Assembly: GCA_003971905.1 (NCBI GenBank)
Contig: RSEE01000013.1
Coordinates: 558,001-622,000, forward strand
Origin: Moniliella sp. 'wahieum'
Lineage: Eukaryota
Length of the DNA: 64,000 bases
Direction: 5' to 3'
Shown here: positions 50,501 through 62,126 of the stretch, piece after piece
Numbering within the stretch: position 1 is the first letter of the stretch
Layout: every line of letters starts with the position of its first letter
Made by a program: the position numbers and the translations under genes
The notes under the pieces: model-generated
The model's input: the letters and a program-made list of their open reading frames with translations, nothing else
Told to the model about the DNA's origin: nothing
The model's database searches: none

Positions 50501-50542
50501 GGAGGGCAGCAGCCGGGGCGAAGGCGTTGCGCTGGACGACAT
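47539..50542 (-). CDS. MSS4: Phosphatidylinositol-4-phosphate 5-kinase (Mss4/Its3)
   Basis: [83 protein letters not shown]. The start codon is uncertain because of a long low-complexity N-terminus. Confidence 0.9.
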
Positions 50543-50885
50543 GAGTGGTGGTGACGGAGTGCTGAGTGCTGAGTCCACGGAGCACTGCGGGCTGAGTGAC
50601 GAGTGAGTACTGAGTGGCGAGTGGAGAGGGCGGTGTGATCGGCAGAAGGCGCGCTCCGCCAGGTGACGAGGGTGGCGAGGCGAGGGATGGTCGATGGGAG
50701 GGGAGGATGCGCTTCGAGTCCGATGGGTGATCGGTGATCTGCCATCGCCTGTGGCGTTACATTCGCAGCGCCGCGTTCCTGGCCGCCAACAGGGAGCAAG
50801 AACTGTCCCCCTGCCATCCACCCATCCACCATCCATCCATCCACCCATCCATTCCCCACCGCCATCAAATACCATCCTGTCCTTT

Positions 50886-51395
50886 CTACTCGGTCCAGAC
50901 GCACACCCCGCGTTTCTCCAGCCATGCACGCAGCGCCAGCCGGTCCCGGCCAGTCAGGTGCCACCGTCCGCCGCGGCTCGCCAGGTGCTGCTCCACCACG
51001 CCCGCCAGTTCCGCCGACCGACCGGTTCCAAGCGCAGGATGCGTTCCACAGTGCGCTTGTGCGGAACGCTTCGGCCACCTCGGCACCAGGAAGCGTGTGG
51101 TTTCCTTACGTGCAGACAGAGTGAGGATCAGGTCCGTACTGTCGCTGCCCATCCGCGCTTCGGCCTCGGCTCCTTCGTCGTCCGACCAAGCGGGCGTGGT
51201 TGCGTGGTCCGCATGGGGCGAAGCGAGCGCGGGATCGCTCGGATCGCCCCTCCATCTCGGTTGATGAGACGGCGTGGAGACGCTCGGGGGGAGGCTCCTT
51301 CTCGACGGGGGCGACGCGGACGATGAGGAGGACGAAAGTGAGGACGCGGAGGAGGAGGAGATGAGGTCGATCGTCTCGGGCCCCGGGGCTGGCAT
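50886..51395 (-). CDS. Small protein with an Slx4 C-terminal (Slx1-binding) domain-like motif
   Basis: Allowing compensating frameshifts near 51010-51090, the sequence reads AFRTSALWxRILRLEPV..LRAWLEKRGVCVW. This resembles the Slx4 CCD pattern ILxYEP..LxxWLDxxGI. Confidence 0.55.
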   Translation of the reverse strand: MPAPGPETIDLISSSSASSLSSSSSSASPPSRRSLPPSVSTPSHQPRWRGDPSDPALASPHADHATTPAWSDDEGAEAEARMGSDSTDLILTLSARKETTRFLVPRWPKRSAQAHCGTHPALGTGRSAELAGVVEQHLASRGGRWHLTGRDRLALRAWLEKRGVCVWTE

Positions 51396-52194
51396 GCGTT
51401 CACCACGGCGGTTGCTAGTGACGGTCGCCAGGATAGGAGCAGCAACGTGAGGGTAACATGAACAACCGCGTTCCTGTTCGCCTGACGGACGCGCGAAGCC
51501 CCGGTGTCACGTGTCACGTGATGCATGATGAGGCGACGGGCGGGCTGCGTTGCTGGCTGATTCCGCCGATGATGATGCATGATGCATGATGGAGATGGTG
51601 ATGGATGTGATTTGAGATTTGAGATTTTGAGATCTGCTGGGACGGATGGGACGTGCGGGGGACGTGGGGAATGGGTTGTGAATGAGATGTAAGATCTGAG
51701 AGTGTTGTGAGTGACTCGTGCTAGTGAGAGCTGTAGTTGGGGTTGCGGCGCAGGGAAACGACAGAGAGGGATGCGAGGTCGGCTGTATCTCGCTCGCCCT
51801 CGCCAAGAAACTCGGGCGAGCGGGGTGGGATGGACAGGATGGCACGCTTGTGGCTGCGCAAAGCAGACGAACAAGAGGGTGTGGTGCGGGCGGGCGCTGT
51901 GCGGCCAATCGACGTACCTCTAACTACCCTCGAGCCACGGCAATTGAAACGCCACATGGCCCACCACGCGTGCTGGGAAGTACATACTGCAGTTATCGAT
52001 CCGACCACAGGGGCACTCGGCCTGAGCGCCGCGTCTTCGCCACTTCCAACTCTATCTGCTCTGCTGCCCATGGAAGAGACAGAGCACACCCCGTCTTCTC
52101 TCCGTTTCAGCCCCACTACCACCAGCCCATCTCGCATCTTCCTCTCCTCGCCTCTCCTGCACGCCGTGCTTGGCCTGATCTGATCCCGCTCCCA

Positions 52195-53129
52195 ATGGCG
52201 CACTACTCCCGTCCTCCCCCACCCTTCGATGCAAGTTTGTCGTTGTCGGCGACGGCGGGGTGCGGCAAGACGTGTCTCCTGACAGTCTTTAGTAAGGGCT
52301 ACTTCCCCACCATCTATGTCCCCACCGTGTTCGATGTACGTATTTGATGGTTTGTGTTCCCCCTTCGTACCTTGACCATCTGACACCTGACCGGCTGACC
52401 CCTTCCTCTCCCCATCTCCTCACCACACAGAACTTAGCACGTACTGCTCTCCATCGCCCTTCCCTTCCACAACCGTGGGGGGTGGTACCCCCCTCCCACC
52501 CCTCATTCCTTCGCATTGATCCCCTACTGACGATACACACGCAGCAACCGAGCTCGATGTGGACGGTACGGCGGTGGAGCTATCCCTGTGGGATACGGCC
52601 GGGCAAGAGAGTACGGTCGTCTGCGTCCTCTGATCTATTCCGACTGCAACGTGATCGTCATGTGCTTTTTGCGGTCAACAACCGCGACTCGTTCCTCAAT
52701 GTGGGAACGGTGTGGGTTCCCGAAATTTGTCACTTTGCCCCATTCCCCCTACATTCTCGTGGATGCAAGAACCGACTTGCGCCACGACGAATCGTTTTCT
52801 CTGGTGCCACGACCCGCTCGCCCATGGTCACGTATCATGAAGTGTGTCACCCCCCCCTCCTTTGTGCTTCTTGGACGGTTCCACGTCCGCGTGGTCAAGG
52901 CTAGTCACTGACTTTGACCATGTATGGCTGTTGTGCTGTGGTTGTATTGGTGTTGTTGTGTGGTTGTGTTAGGGTGCCATGCTCGCCCAACGCTGCGGCG
53001 CTCGGGTTTTCCTCGATGCAGCGCCAAGACCGGGGCAGATTACATGCCGTATTTGAAGCGGCGGCACGAGTTTCCATTCCTCCCCCGCCGTCTCGGAAGC
53101 CACGGCGCGCGCAATGCAGGGTGCTTTGA
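52195..53129 (+). CDS. Rho-family GTPase (Rho1/Rho4-like), multi-exon
   Basis: VVVGDGGCGKTCLL, YVPTVFD followed by a GTACGT donor, VELSLWDTAGQE, RLRPLIY, WVPEICHF, DLR, CSAKTG, VFEAAAR, CAAX box CRVL-stop. Confidence 0.88.
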
Positions 53130-53623
53130 CCACTCCCTTTACGATCTCGGGCCGAGCCCTGTTCAGCCCCGGCCTACTCTTTTCTCCCCGGTGGATATCC
53201 ACCGTTCCTCATCTTTGCTCTTGCCTCCTCTGGGGCTCTTCACGCCCCCCCGGAATGTACACCAACACATCACGTGTGCCGTGTCAAGAAGAGGCGCGCG
53301 AAATGCATCGTCTTCCCCGTACCCCCCCCTGCGCTCAACTTCTTTATCACATCTTTCTTGTTCTTCTCCCCTTTCCCCGCGCCATCCCCTTCTCCCACCA
53401 TACCCTGTGCGTTGGATCCTGAAGGCGAGCGTGCGCTCCTGGCTCTTGCTTACCTGAGGACCTCATGAGATGTACAGATTTTTCCCTTTGAGGGGTTTCA
53501 CTTGAGGTGTGCAATGTAGGACGCGGGAGAGGTAGATCCACAGATCCAGAGTATTGGGTTTGGCTCATTAGGCGTGTGTGGCAGAGGTAGTTGGAGGTGA
53601 TGTTAGCTCCAGTGCTCACAGTT

Positions 53624-53723
53624 GTCGGGTTAGCTCAGATGGGAGAGCGTGAGATTGAAGAAAATTTCAATATCCGATCCATTGGATTCCTCAAGGTCCC
53701 CGGTTCGATCCCGGGACACGACA
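53624..53723 (+). tRNA. tRNA-Phe(GAA) with an intron at about 53661-53687
   Basis: Acceptor GTCGGGT/ACACGAC, D arm GCTC-AGATGGGA-GAGC, anticodon GAA at 53657-53659, intron containing the complementary TTCAAT, T arm CCCGG-TTCGATC-CCGGG, downstream T6 Pol III terminator. Confidence 0.88.
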
Positions 53724-54274
53724 CATTTTTTGTCCATTTGTCAAGATAGCAGGCAGGGCTTTGCGTTACCTACGCTTCAGGTGAAGTATACTCAAACGAA
53801 GCTCGTGCTCCAATGGCAACGGTAATAGGAAGTATCTGCGACCAAAAACGCGGAAGCGAACAGGGCAAACTCATGATCATCGACGCCTTGGTCACTAGTA
53901 TGCAAGAGATGTTTCCGGGTGTGCAGCGAGACCTACTCTGCGATCACTCCCGAGAGTTGAGGGCAGCAAGAGGGGATTCTACCCTCGTATCATTGGAGCT
54001 TGTCCCCTTCGTCGTGGAAGGCTATACGGTGATACCTAACCAATGCGCTACCTCCGCGCTACATTGAAGCTTGAAGGTGGCTCATTCAGAGCCCTACATG
54101 AAGGTGTCATGAAGGAATGGAACTGTTGCAAGACCCGTACCGCCGTACGACGGACAGGGCGATGATTGCATTTTGGGGGTGCCGACTGATCAAACGTGAC
54201 ATCGTTCTCCCATGGCAAGGTTAGCCACAAGAAGGGTACGCACGCTCAAGTCACTGCGGGTGTTACAGTCGAAC

Positions 54275-54783
54275 TTAGCGGGACCTGGAATGGGCAAGCG
54301 AGTCAGCATCAGCACCTCATGCACGTAACGAGGTGTGCCGTCAATTTCAACTTACTTGAAGTACTCGGTGAGAACGTTCAGGCCTCCGAGGGCTCGCCAA
54401 AGTCACGAACGACAACGCACGAGCAGCCAACGACCTTGCGGGGGTTGCCCTCCCGGTCAATCTTGGCCAGACCAGCCCAGGTACCAGCGTCTTGGCGTCC
54501 GACACCTTGAGCAGGTCAATCTTGTGGTCGTTGCAAAGCGCCTCGATCAGCTTGATGTACTCGCCCTCGGTGTTGGTCTCAACAAGCACGCACAGCTGGG
54601 CGTTGCCACGGTCAAGGCGTGGGCGCACTCGCGCAGGCCACGCGCCAAGCTGTCGTGGATAAGAGCCTTCTTGAGAACCTCCTGCAGGGCCTCCTCGATG
54701 GTCAGACCCGTCTTGACGGGCGCGCTCTCCTCAACGGCGACTTCCTCGACAACGTCGATTTGCTGCTCCTCAATGTCAGACAT
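54275..54783 (-). CDS. RPS12: 40S ribosomal protein eS12
   Basis: [47 protein letters not shown]. Intron at 54285-54355 (GTAAGT..CTGAC..CAG) before the terminal KSR-stop. Two apparent 1-bp indels. Confidence 0.95.
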
Positions 54784-55257
54784 GGTGCTAGATGCGGGTG
54801 GTGGGGATGAGCCTACCGACGTTACCGACGGCTCCCTTGTTGCGCCTGGCTCCCGAGGCACCTCCACCTCCTCCCATTCGCTCGGGCAGGCACTAGGCTA
54901 GTGAGCGGCGCACCCCGCGTCCAATTTCAATTGCAAACCCTTCTCGTTGTCCGGTGAAAATTTGGCGTAATAAAAAAGGTGGAGAGGGTGTAGTGGCCGT
55001 GTGCTCCATAGGGTTTGCCAGGCACAGCGCCACTTTGCTTTGCCTGGGCGCGGGGCGAGTGTGTTTTTGCCCTTTGCTTCGATGCACGACTTGGGAGGGA
55101 GCTTGCGATCTTGAGCAAACCTCCACCGGTCCACGTCAACGTTGAAGTTCAACTAGGTGAGCGCTACTCCCTTTTTCCCTTTGGCTTTGCTACCTCTTCC
55201 TCTGGCCTGCCTGCTGACCCCCCTCGCCTCCCCCTTGGCCTACCCGAAGCCTACACA

Positions 55258-55746
55258 ATGTCCAACGTTGAGCTTGGTGTGCAGCACGAGCGTGCTTTCC
55301 AGAAACAGCCCCTCTTCCAGAACGCCAAGGTGGCCGCTGGCAAGAAGGTCAACAACAAGACCAAGCGCTGGCACAAGGACATTGGTCTTGGCTTCAAGAC
55401 GCCCGCCGCTGCGATTGGTGGGACTTACATTGACAAGAAGTGTCCCTGGACCGGTCTTGTGTCCATTCGTGGCCGCATCCTCACCGGTCGCGTCGTATCC
55501 ACAAAGATGACGCGCACCATCATCATCCGCCGGGAATACCTCCACTTTGTGCCCAAGTACAACCGGTACGAGAAGCGCCACAAGAACTTGGCTGCGCACT
55601 GCTCCCCTGCGTTCCGCGTGGACGTCGGTGACGAAGTGACTGTGGGCCAGTGCCGCCCGCTGTCCAAGACGGTGCGGTTTAACGTGCTCAAGGTGACCAA
55701 GAACAAGGCCCTTGAGAAGGCTGCCAAGCAGTTTGGTCGTTTCTAA
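55258..55746 (+). CDS. RPS11: 40S ribosomal protein uS17 (S11)
   Basis: Intact [53 protein letters not shown]. Probable 5'-UTR intron at 55157-55249. Confidence 0.97.
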   Translation: MSNVELGVQHERAFQKQPLFQNAKVAAGKKVNNKTKRWHKDIGLGFKTPAAAIGGTYIDKKCPWTGLVSIRGRILTGRVVSTKMTRTIIIRREYLHFVPKYNRYEKRHKNLAAHCSPAFRVDVGDEVTVGQCRPLSKTVRFNVLKVTKNKALEKAAKQFGRF

Positions 55747-56933
55747 GTCGACTGCCATTTCGCTGCTGCGCTCCTGTCTGGTTGTGCTGGGTGTCCCCCC
55801 CCCCCCCCCCCCTTGCTCGGTCTGGCTGCCGAGCTGCGTCACGTTGCGGTCCAGAGGTAGCCCCGCTCTTGCTTGGCGTTGCTTTGCTTTGCTTTCGACC
55901 TTTGCGTCCTGCCTGTTGGAAGGAGGGGGAGAGGGCAGGGATGCATCAGGGGGTCATCCTGCGCCCCAACTCAGATAGGCCCGTTGCTCTGTACCATACC
56001 TACCTATACATGCGGTGGCCTCTGGCTGCGCTATGAATGTTCTCGATGCCGGGCGGAGAGGCCCAATCCATGCATGATGCATTCTCCTGCTTGTGCTAGC
56101 AGTGACTAGTGACTAGGGAGGACGAGAGGCGAGATAGGCCTGAGGATGGTATTGGTGGACTGTTGCGTGTTGGGAAACTTGGGTGGTACTGCAGTGGGGT
56201 TGCTAGGATCTGTAGAATTAGACCGGCGCGGTATATTGTAGCCGGAACCTCGTTGGTCCTGGTCACGTCAGCCCACTGGTTGCTGGGATGGACAATGCAG
56301 GCGCGATGCCTGGCGCGACGGATGCGCTTGCGTCCACGTTCTTGCCTTAGGTTTGTTCTACCATTTCACAAGGAAGATCTCTTGGGTCAGGGCAAGCTGC
56401 CCCGGATGCGGGAGCAAGCGGCGTATGCCGACGACTGAGAGCACTGCCAATGGGCTTGGCTGTACCCACTGACCGAATAGATTGGCTGCTTTCGGAATTG
56501 GGTTGGTGCGCACCACGTCTCGTGCGCTGTTACATGATTCCACCTACTCTCTTGCTACCTGCTTTTGGTTCGACAGACTACCGTAGCAAAATGTGGAGCT
56601 GAACACCGTGGGGAGGAACCAGTGGATCGATGAGGAGATGAGAGGAGAGGAGAGGAGAGGAGCCCCCCAAGGAAAGCCGACATGATCGAGATGGAAGGGG
56701 AACAGAGGAAGAGACCCACCGCAAGAAGCGGGTGGGAAAAAGGAAAACGAGAAAAAAGAACCAGAAAAAGGAGAAAAAGAAAAAAAAGAAAACAGGAACT
56801 GTGAGACAAGGGCGAGGACGGATGAAGCTCGAAGCTCGAGCTTGAAGACAAGAGGTGAGTGAAAAAAATTTTGGGACGAGACAAGAGTAGAGAGAAAAAA
56901 TCAAGTTGACGGGGGGTGATGGATGATTAGGGG

Positions 56934-58507
56934 TTACAGGTCGACGGCAATCAAGACGAGACCAGGGGCGGGCACAAGGCCCTGGACACCAGGCAAGCCC
57001 ATCGTACTCCCCTCATACTCCGACTCGGATGAGGCTACCAGGGTCGCCCCGTCGTACTCGACACGGAAGGGGTGGAGGCGTGAGAACGAGGAGAGGGGCG
57101 GGGAGCGGTAGCACGACTCGAGGCTGAGTGGAGGGTGTGGGCAGACGAGGTCCGAGGTAAGTCGGTCGGAGTAGCACGGGTGAGACTCAAAGCAGCATAA
57201 GCACGCTCGATTTGAGGTCCGTAGCTAACCACGTACCCCCCCACATAACATAACCCGTGAAGCAGCGAGCGAAAGACCGGCGTGTCAGCGTTCACCGACA
57301 AGATCAGCCGATCGCATCGCATCGTTTCCGACGCATGGTCCATCACGCGTAACAGCGCCTCCCGTAGTTCCGTCGGCAACGACGCATCCACCGACCGAGG
57401 TCCAGCGGCAAACTCTGCCGAAGACGATGGAAGCGACACATACAACGTCCGTACCGCGCGCAAATTGTCTTCCTCCTCCTCGGACGAATCCAAGTCGGCA
57501 TCCGAACCGTCTGTGCCACGATGAGGTGCTAGAGTGTCGCCGCCAGCACCGCCCCGGTCCAGCCAGGCACCACGGCCCCACCTCGGCATCCTCCAGCTTG
57601 ACACTGTCCTCGTCCGGTTGGGCAGGAACGGCGAGCCTGCGCTGGCAGCGCGGCGCGCTACACGGCGACGGGCACGAGGAAGGTTGAACCGAGGGAAAAT
57701 GGTTTGCAAAAATTCCAAGCCCTTTTGCCCTAAGACGGAGGGATCGGGCTCGGACGTGTGCTTGGCGCGGGCGGCAGGCAAGGACAGTGGAGTACCGTAG
57801 GGCGTGGGCGGCAGGCTGGTCAGGTCCGTCGCACCAGTATCGCTACCACTGTAGAGGTGCTGTCGGTGCACGAAATGGGGTGGAAAGAAGAAGCTTGCTT
57901 GGTGACGGTGACCTTGGGAGGCACGGCATGGCCCTCTGGGCAGGGCGGGTCGGCATCGAGGGAAGAACGAAGACGAGAATCGCGGGAGATGATGGTCCGG
58001 ACAGCGGCCGAAGCGGACAACGACATAGAGAGCGTGTCCGGGGTACAGGCCGAAGCGGCATGAGCGTCAAGCAGAGCAGGGAGGGGAGTCGGCAGGGAGC
58101 AGCTCAGTGAAGAACAGGAGTGATGATGGGGATGGGGAGGAGTGGGGACCACAGATGACAACGGCGCGGCCTCTCTCACAGGCACATGCCGACCTAGCGC
58201 ATGGGTGTCCGAACGGTGCGTGTGATCCGAAGCAGTTGCGGTCAAGGCTTCGGGCACCGGTTGGGCGCCAGGTATTTGCACAGGAGCGATGTCAGGTCCA
58301 CCACTTGACCGGGCGGTCCGACGCTGAGAAAGGCCGGGCCTGCTTGGGCCCGGCAGAGAAGGAAGAAGCGAGGGAGGCGTCGGCGGCGAGGGCGGCCGAG
58401 CAAGCGCCAAGCAGGGTGGAGGGGCGGGGGCCGGCAGCGGCGCTGGGCTGGCCGGCTCCCGTGCGATTATTACTGGGGGTCGTACTGGTGCTGGGCGTTG
58501 TCGACAT
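56934..58507 (-). CDS. OAZ1: Ornithine decarboxylase antizyme, +1 programmed frameshift at 58292-58297
   Basis: 71-codon ORF1 ends PVKWWT-TGA and the +1 frame continues DIAPVQIP. Downstream antizyme-domain motifs RTLYVSLP, LREALLRVMDHASETMRCDRLILSV, FRSLLHGLCYVGG, terminal LVLIAVDL-stop. Confidence 0.85.
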
Positions 58508-59343
58508 GGTGGAGAATGGTGGAGGGGCGACGGCGGGGGCGGGGTGTGGAGTTAACCAACACGGCGGTGGGCGCGGCGGGGCGGAGGCGAGGGCGGAGGA
58601 GGAGGAGTGTGGTGTGGTGTGGTGGCGTGGGTTGGGTGGCGAGACAGTGACTACTTGCTGTGACTGGAAAATCGTCCCGGCACGCATCATGCATGCATCA
58701 TGCGTCCCATGTCACACGTGCTGCGCTCGCCCGGCTGTCTCCGCTTTGGGGCAATACCAGAGTGCGCTGGTGGGAGCCCGCATGCGGGCCGGTTGCCTCA
58801 TCGGTCTCATCGATCAGATCGATCATCCACCATCCATCATGCGTCCTCCGCGCAGCAGCCCGTCCGCACGGCGCCAGCCACGCGGCTGGGGGCGGTACGC
58901 AGTAAGCACCACTGATCGAGTACAGAGTGCTGGACACTGCTCCGGCGCCCGCCCGCGGGCCACGTTCCACTGCGTCCAAATATTTGCACTGCGTGCCGAT
59001 GCGTGCCGATGCACGGAGAAGCCACCCCGAACGTGTGGGACCTGCAGTTGGACACTCGGCTGGTGCCCAGCCTTGGCACCGCCCCAGCCGCCGACTCGCG
59101 ACTGCGTCCTGTTCGCCAAATTTCCATCGGCGCGCCAGGCGCATTGCACCGATCAGCCCAGCCTGCATCCCACGGGGTTGTTGCGGGCGGAACTAGCGCC
59201 GGGCGGAATGTGGCGTCCCTGCCCCCCCACCCCCGCCCGCTCGCCTGCTCCACATCGGCGTCCCGACTCTCAAAAACATCCATATGCCCGCTGAAGTGAC
59301 GCACCACGCCCCCGCCCCACCACGGATCCGGCCACTGCCGCCG

Positions 59344-59875
59344 ATGGCATCGAACAGGGCCCGGTACGACTGCCGACGACGACTTGGCCGCCATGTTTGG
59401 CCCCATTAAGAAGAAAAAGAAGAGCAAAAAGACAGTCAAGAACTTTACTGACAACCGTGACAAATCTGCCCTCGGCCAGCGACGCTGTCGGGCAGGAACC
59501 CGCCCTCCCCCCACCGGCTGACACGGATGCATCCAATACCGATGCGCCGACTTTTGTCGTCGGATGCATCGGGACCACAAGCATGTGCAGGCGTTTGTTG
59601 GCTGAGTTGGGCACGATCGGGAACGACGATGGTACCGGCGGTTGATCATCAAGGGCCGTTTCCAGCAACAATAGATCCAGAATGTGCTGCGCAAGTACAT
59701 TGCCGAATACGTGCAGTGCAAAACGTGCAAATCCGCCGACTCGGGAGCTCAGCCGGGAGATCGGATTTTCTTCGTGAAGTGCAAGACATGTGGCTCCCAG
59801 CGGTCCGTTGAGACTATCAAGACTGGGTTCCAGACCATCACAGGCAAACGGTTCAGGATGCGCGATGCAACGTAA
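59344..59875 (+). pseudogene. Truncated eIF2-beta (SUI3-like) copy
   Basis: A single K-box (IKKKKKSKK), LAELGT, LIIKGRFQ, an in-frame TAG at 59672-59674, then [35 protein letters not shown]. The central region is missing. Confidence 0.75.
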
Positions 59876-60489
59876 CTGGTTCAACGTTCAGTACGTTGAC
59901 CCCCCCCCCCTCGCTCCCTCGACCTCCATCTGCATGCTTTGTATCTGTCTGCCTCTATGCATCATGCCCCTCTCGCTTTTAGACGGGTGTCAGTCGTTTT
60001 CACGCTTATGTTGTCTACACGCTAGGTTCCCACCTGGGCCAAGATGACGTTCACAGTCTAAACCTGCACCGGGCATACTCATACTGACGACATAGACGAC
60101 ATCTACACTGAGTACTGACCCAGTCCTTCCAAGTGCATCAATGTGAATCCTTCTGGGTTGGACGCATTGCACGGGCTCGAACATGCAGGTAGCGTCAGAC
60201 CGCCTACAAAAGGTAAAAGGTACATCCACCTCCGCACGCTCGTAAGCGCAGGGTGGCCATGGGGGTAGAGATGGGTGCCATCGAGGGATCCTCTCAGGGG
60301 AAGAGGCAGGTTTTGCATTGCCTATCGGCACCGACAGGCCAGTGTAGGCAAAAGACGAGCAAGGCGTGGGGGAGGGGAGGGGGGGGGGGGGAAGGAGCGT
60401 AGCCTAACCAAAAACAAAATAACAATGGCCAGCACAAGAACAACAAGCCATCTGGCGGCTTCCTTGTCATTTACTCCTGGTCACCTCGT

Positions 60490-61068
60490 TTACTCTTCGT
60501 CGTCCTCCTCCTCGTCACCGCCTTCGGCAGCGGCCTTGGCGCGCTTACGCTTGACACGGCCTTCGCGGCCTCCGCCATAGGGAGAGTTGAGAGCAAAGTC
60601 AATGTGCTTCTGGCTGTCAAGACGGACGACAAACGAAGGCACATTGACAATCTGCTTACCGACACGAATGTGGCGCTGACGAATGAGCACGCGAGCATGA
60701 TGGATCGATTTTGCCAGGCCCGTCTTGAACACCTGGGTCTGCAACCGACGCTCCAAAAAGTCTTCCACAGTCAACGACAAGACATAGTCCAGCCGCATCC
60801 GCGTCTCGTCCAGCACACCAATGCGAACCAGACGACGAATAATGGCGTTGCCCTCAAATAGACGCTTGGGGTCCTTCTCATCCAACTTGAGCAGCTCCCG
60901 AGCCGCACGACGGATCTTGGACAGCGTAAGCGAAATCCGCCAAATCTCCGTCTTGTTGCGCAGCCCGTACTCGCCAGCCAACTTCAGCTCCGAGTCAAGA
61001 CGCGAAGCCTCAAACGGACGACGCGGAACCTTGTAGGTCTTGGACTGCTTCCGGGGAGCGAGAGGCAT
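60490..61068 (-). CDS. RPS9: 40S ribosomal protein uS4 (S9), no intron in the CDS
   Basis: Intact [62 protein letters not shown]. Confidence 0.97.
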   Translation of the reverse strand: MPLAPRKQSKTYKVPRRPFEASRLDSELKLAGEYGLRNKTEIWRISLTLSKIRRAARELLKLDEKDPKRLFEGNAIIRRLVRIGVLDETRMRLDYVLSLTVEDFLERRLQTQVFKTGLAKSIHHARVLIRQRHIRVGKQIVNVPSFVVRLDSQKHIDFALNSPYGGGREGRVKRKRAKAAAEGGDEEEDDEE

Positions 61069-62126
61069 GGTGCTGGACGGGGGACAAGAGAACGCCCCCC
61101 CCCTCCCCCCCGGACCACTTCTCAACGCGCGCCGGACGAAGCAGGGCACGGAGAAGCCACGACGCAACCCTATTGACGTTCAGGTGGGAGTAGACTGGCC
61201 TTGTTCCCTCCTGCTGCGGCTGGCCGCACGGAGGAGAGAGCGCCCCTGCGCCAGACCCATTATTTTTTGCAACCGCAAGGAATTCACACACTCACCCCAT
61301 ACTGTGATTTTGACGGGCCAACGTACCCCCCTCCAACCCTACCCCTTGGTCGGCAGGCGCCGCGTGCCACTGGCCTCCCTCGCCGTCCGGGCCTGCGACA
61401 AGACGGCGCGGTTGAGCTATCCAGCAAGCTGAAGGTGAGGTCACCAAGCCCCATGTAAGGTAGACAGTGTCTACGCTTCTTTCTTTCTGAGTTCCGTGTC
61501 CTCGTTGAGTAGGCGAGTGAGAGAGGCGAAATCGACAGTCCGGTGCCCCTTCCGGCCCTTCCATCCCAAGTGGCCGGGACTCCGGACTGAGTACTGAGTA
61601 AGACGCAAAGGTTCGGCCGCTGAGGACTGAGGTTGCGGGAGGATCAAATGGCGAGTGGGCCCCTCCCTTACTCCCCTTGGGCCAGCCGGCTCGACTGGCT
61701 TGTGACGTGCACACGTGTTGGGGGACCGGGGAGGTCGCTGAGCGGCTGAGCCCTGAGCAGAGGAGAGAAGATGCCGCACTTGTTTCGTTACCGTCACCGT
61801 TACCGTCACCGTCACCGTCACCGTCGCCGTGTCCTTGTCCGTCCGCACGGCTTGCTCCAGCTGTTCAAGCTGTTCAAGCCTAGGTTCCCCCGCATTCGCC
61901 CCCTCGTTCATTAGCCACTAGTCAAACCACCTACCTACCTTATCCGTATCCCGTAGGCAGGGACAACAATAGCTTCCAAAGGGAGTCACAACAGCGGCGC
62001 AGGGCAACCTGAAGCACTCTGCAGAGCGCGCGAGGTGCAGAGGAGAGGGAACAAGGGGGGCGGAGACCAAAAAACACAAAGGCAAGAAGGAGCCGTCAAG
62101 CGTCAAGCCTTCAAGCCTTCCAAGCG

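Noticed and set aside
53624..53723. tRNA pseudogene, based on mismatches in the acceptor and anticodon stems
   Set aside because: A and B boxes, the intron and the terminator are intact. One or two mismatches are within natural variation or the evident error rate.
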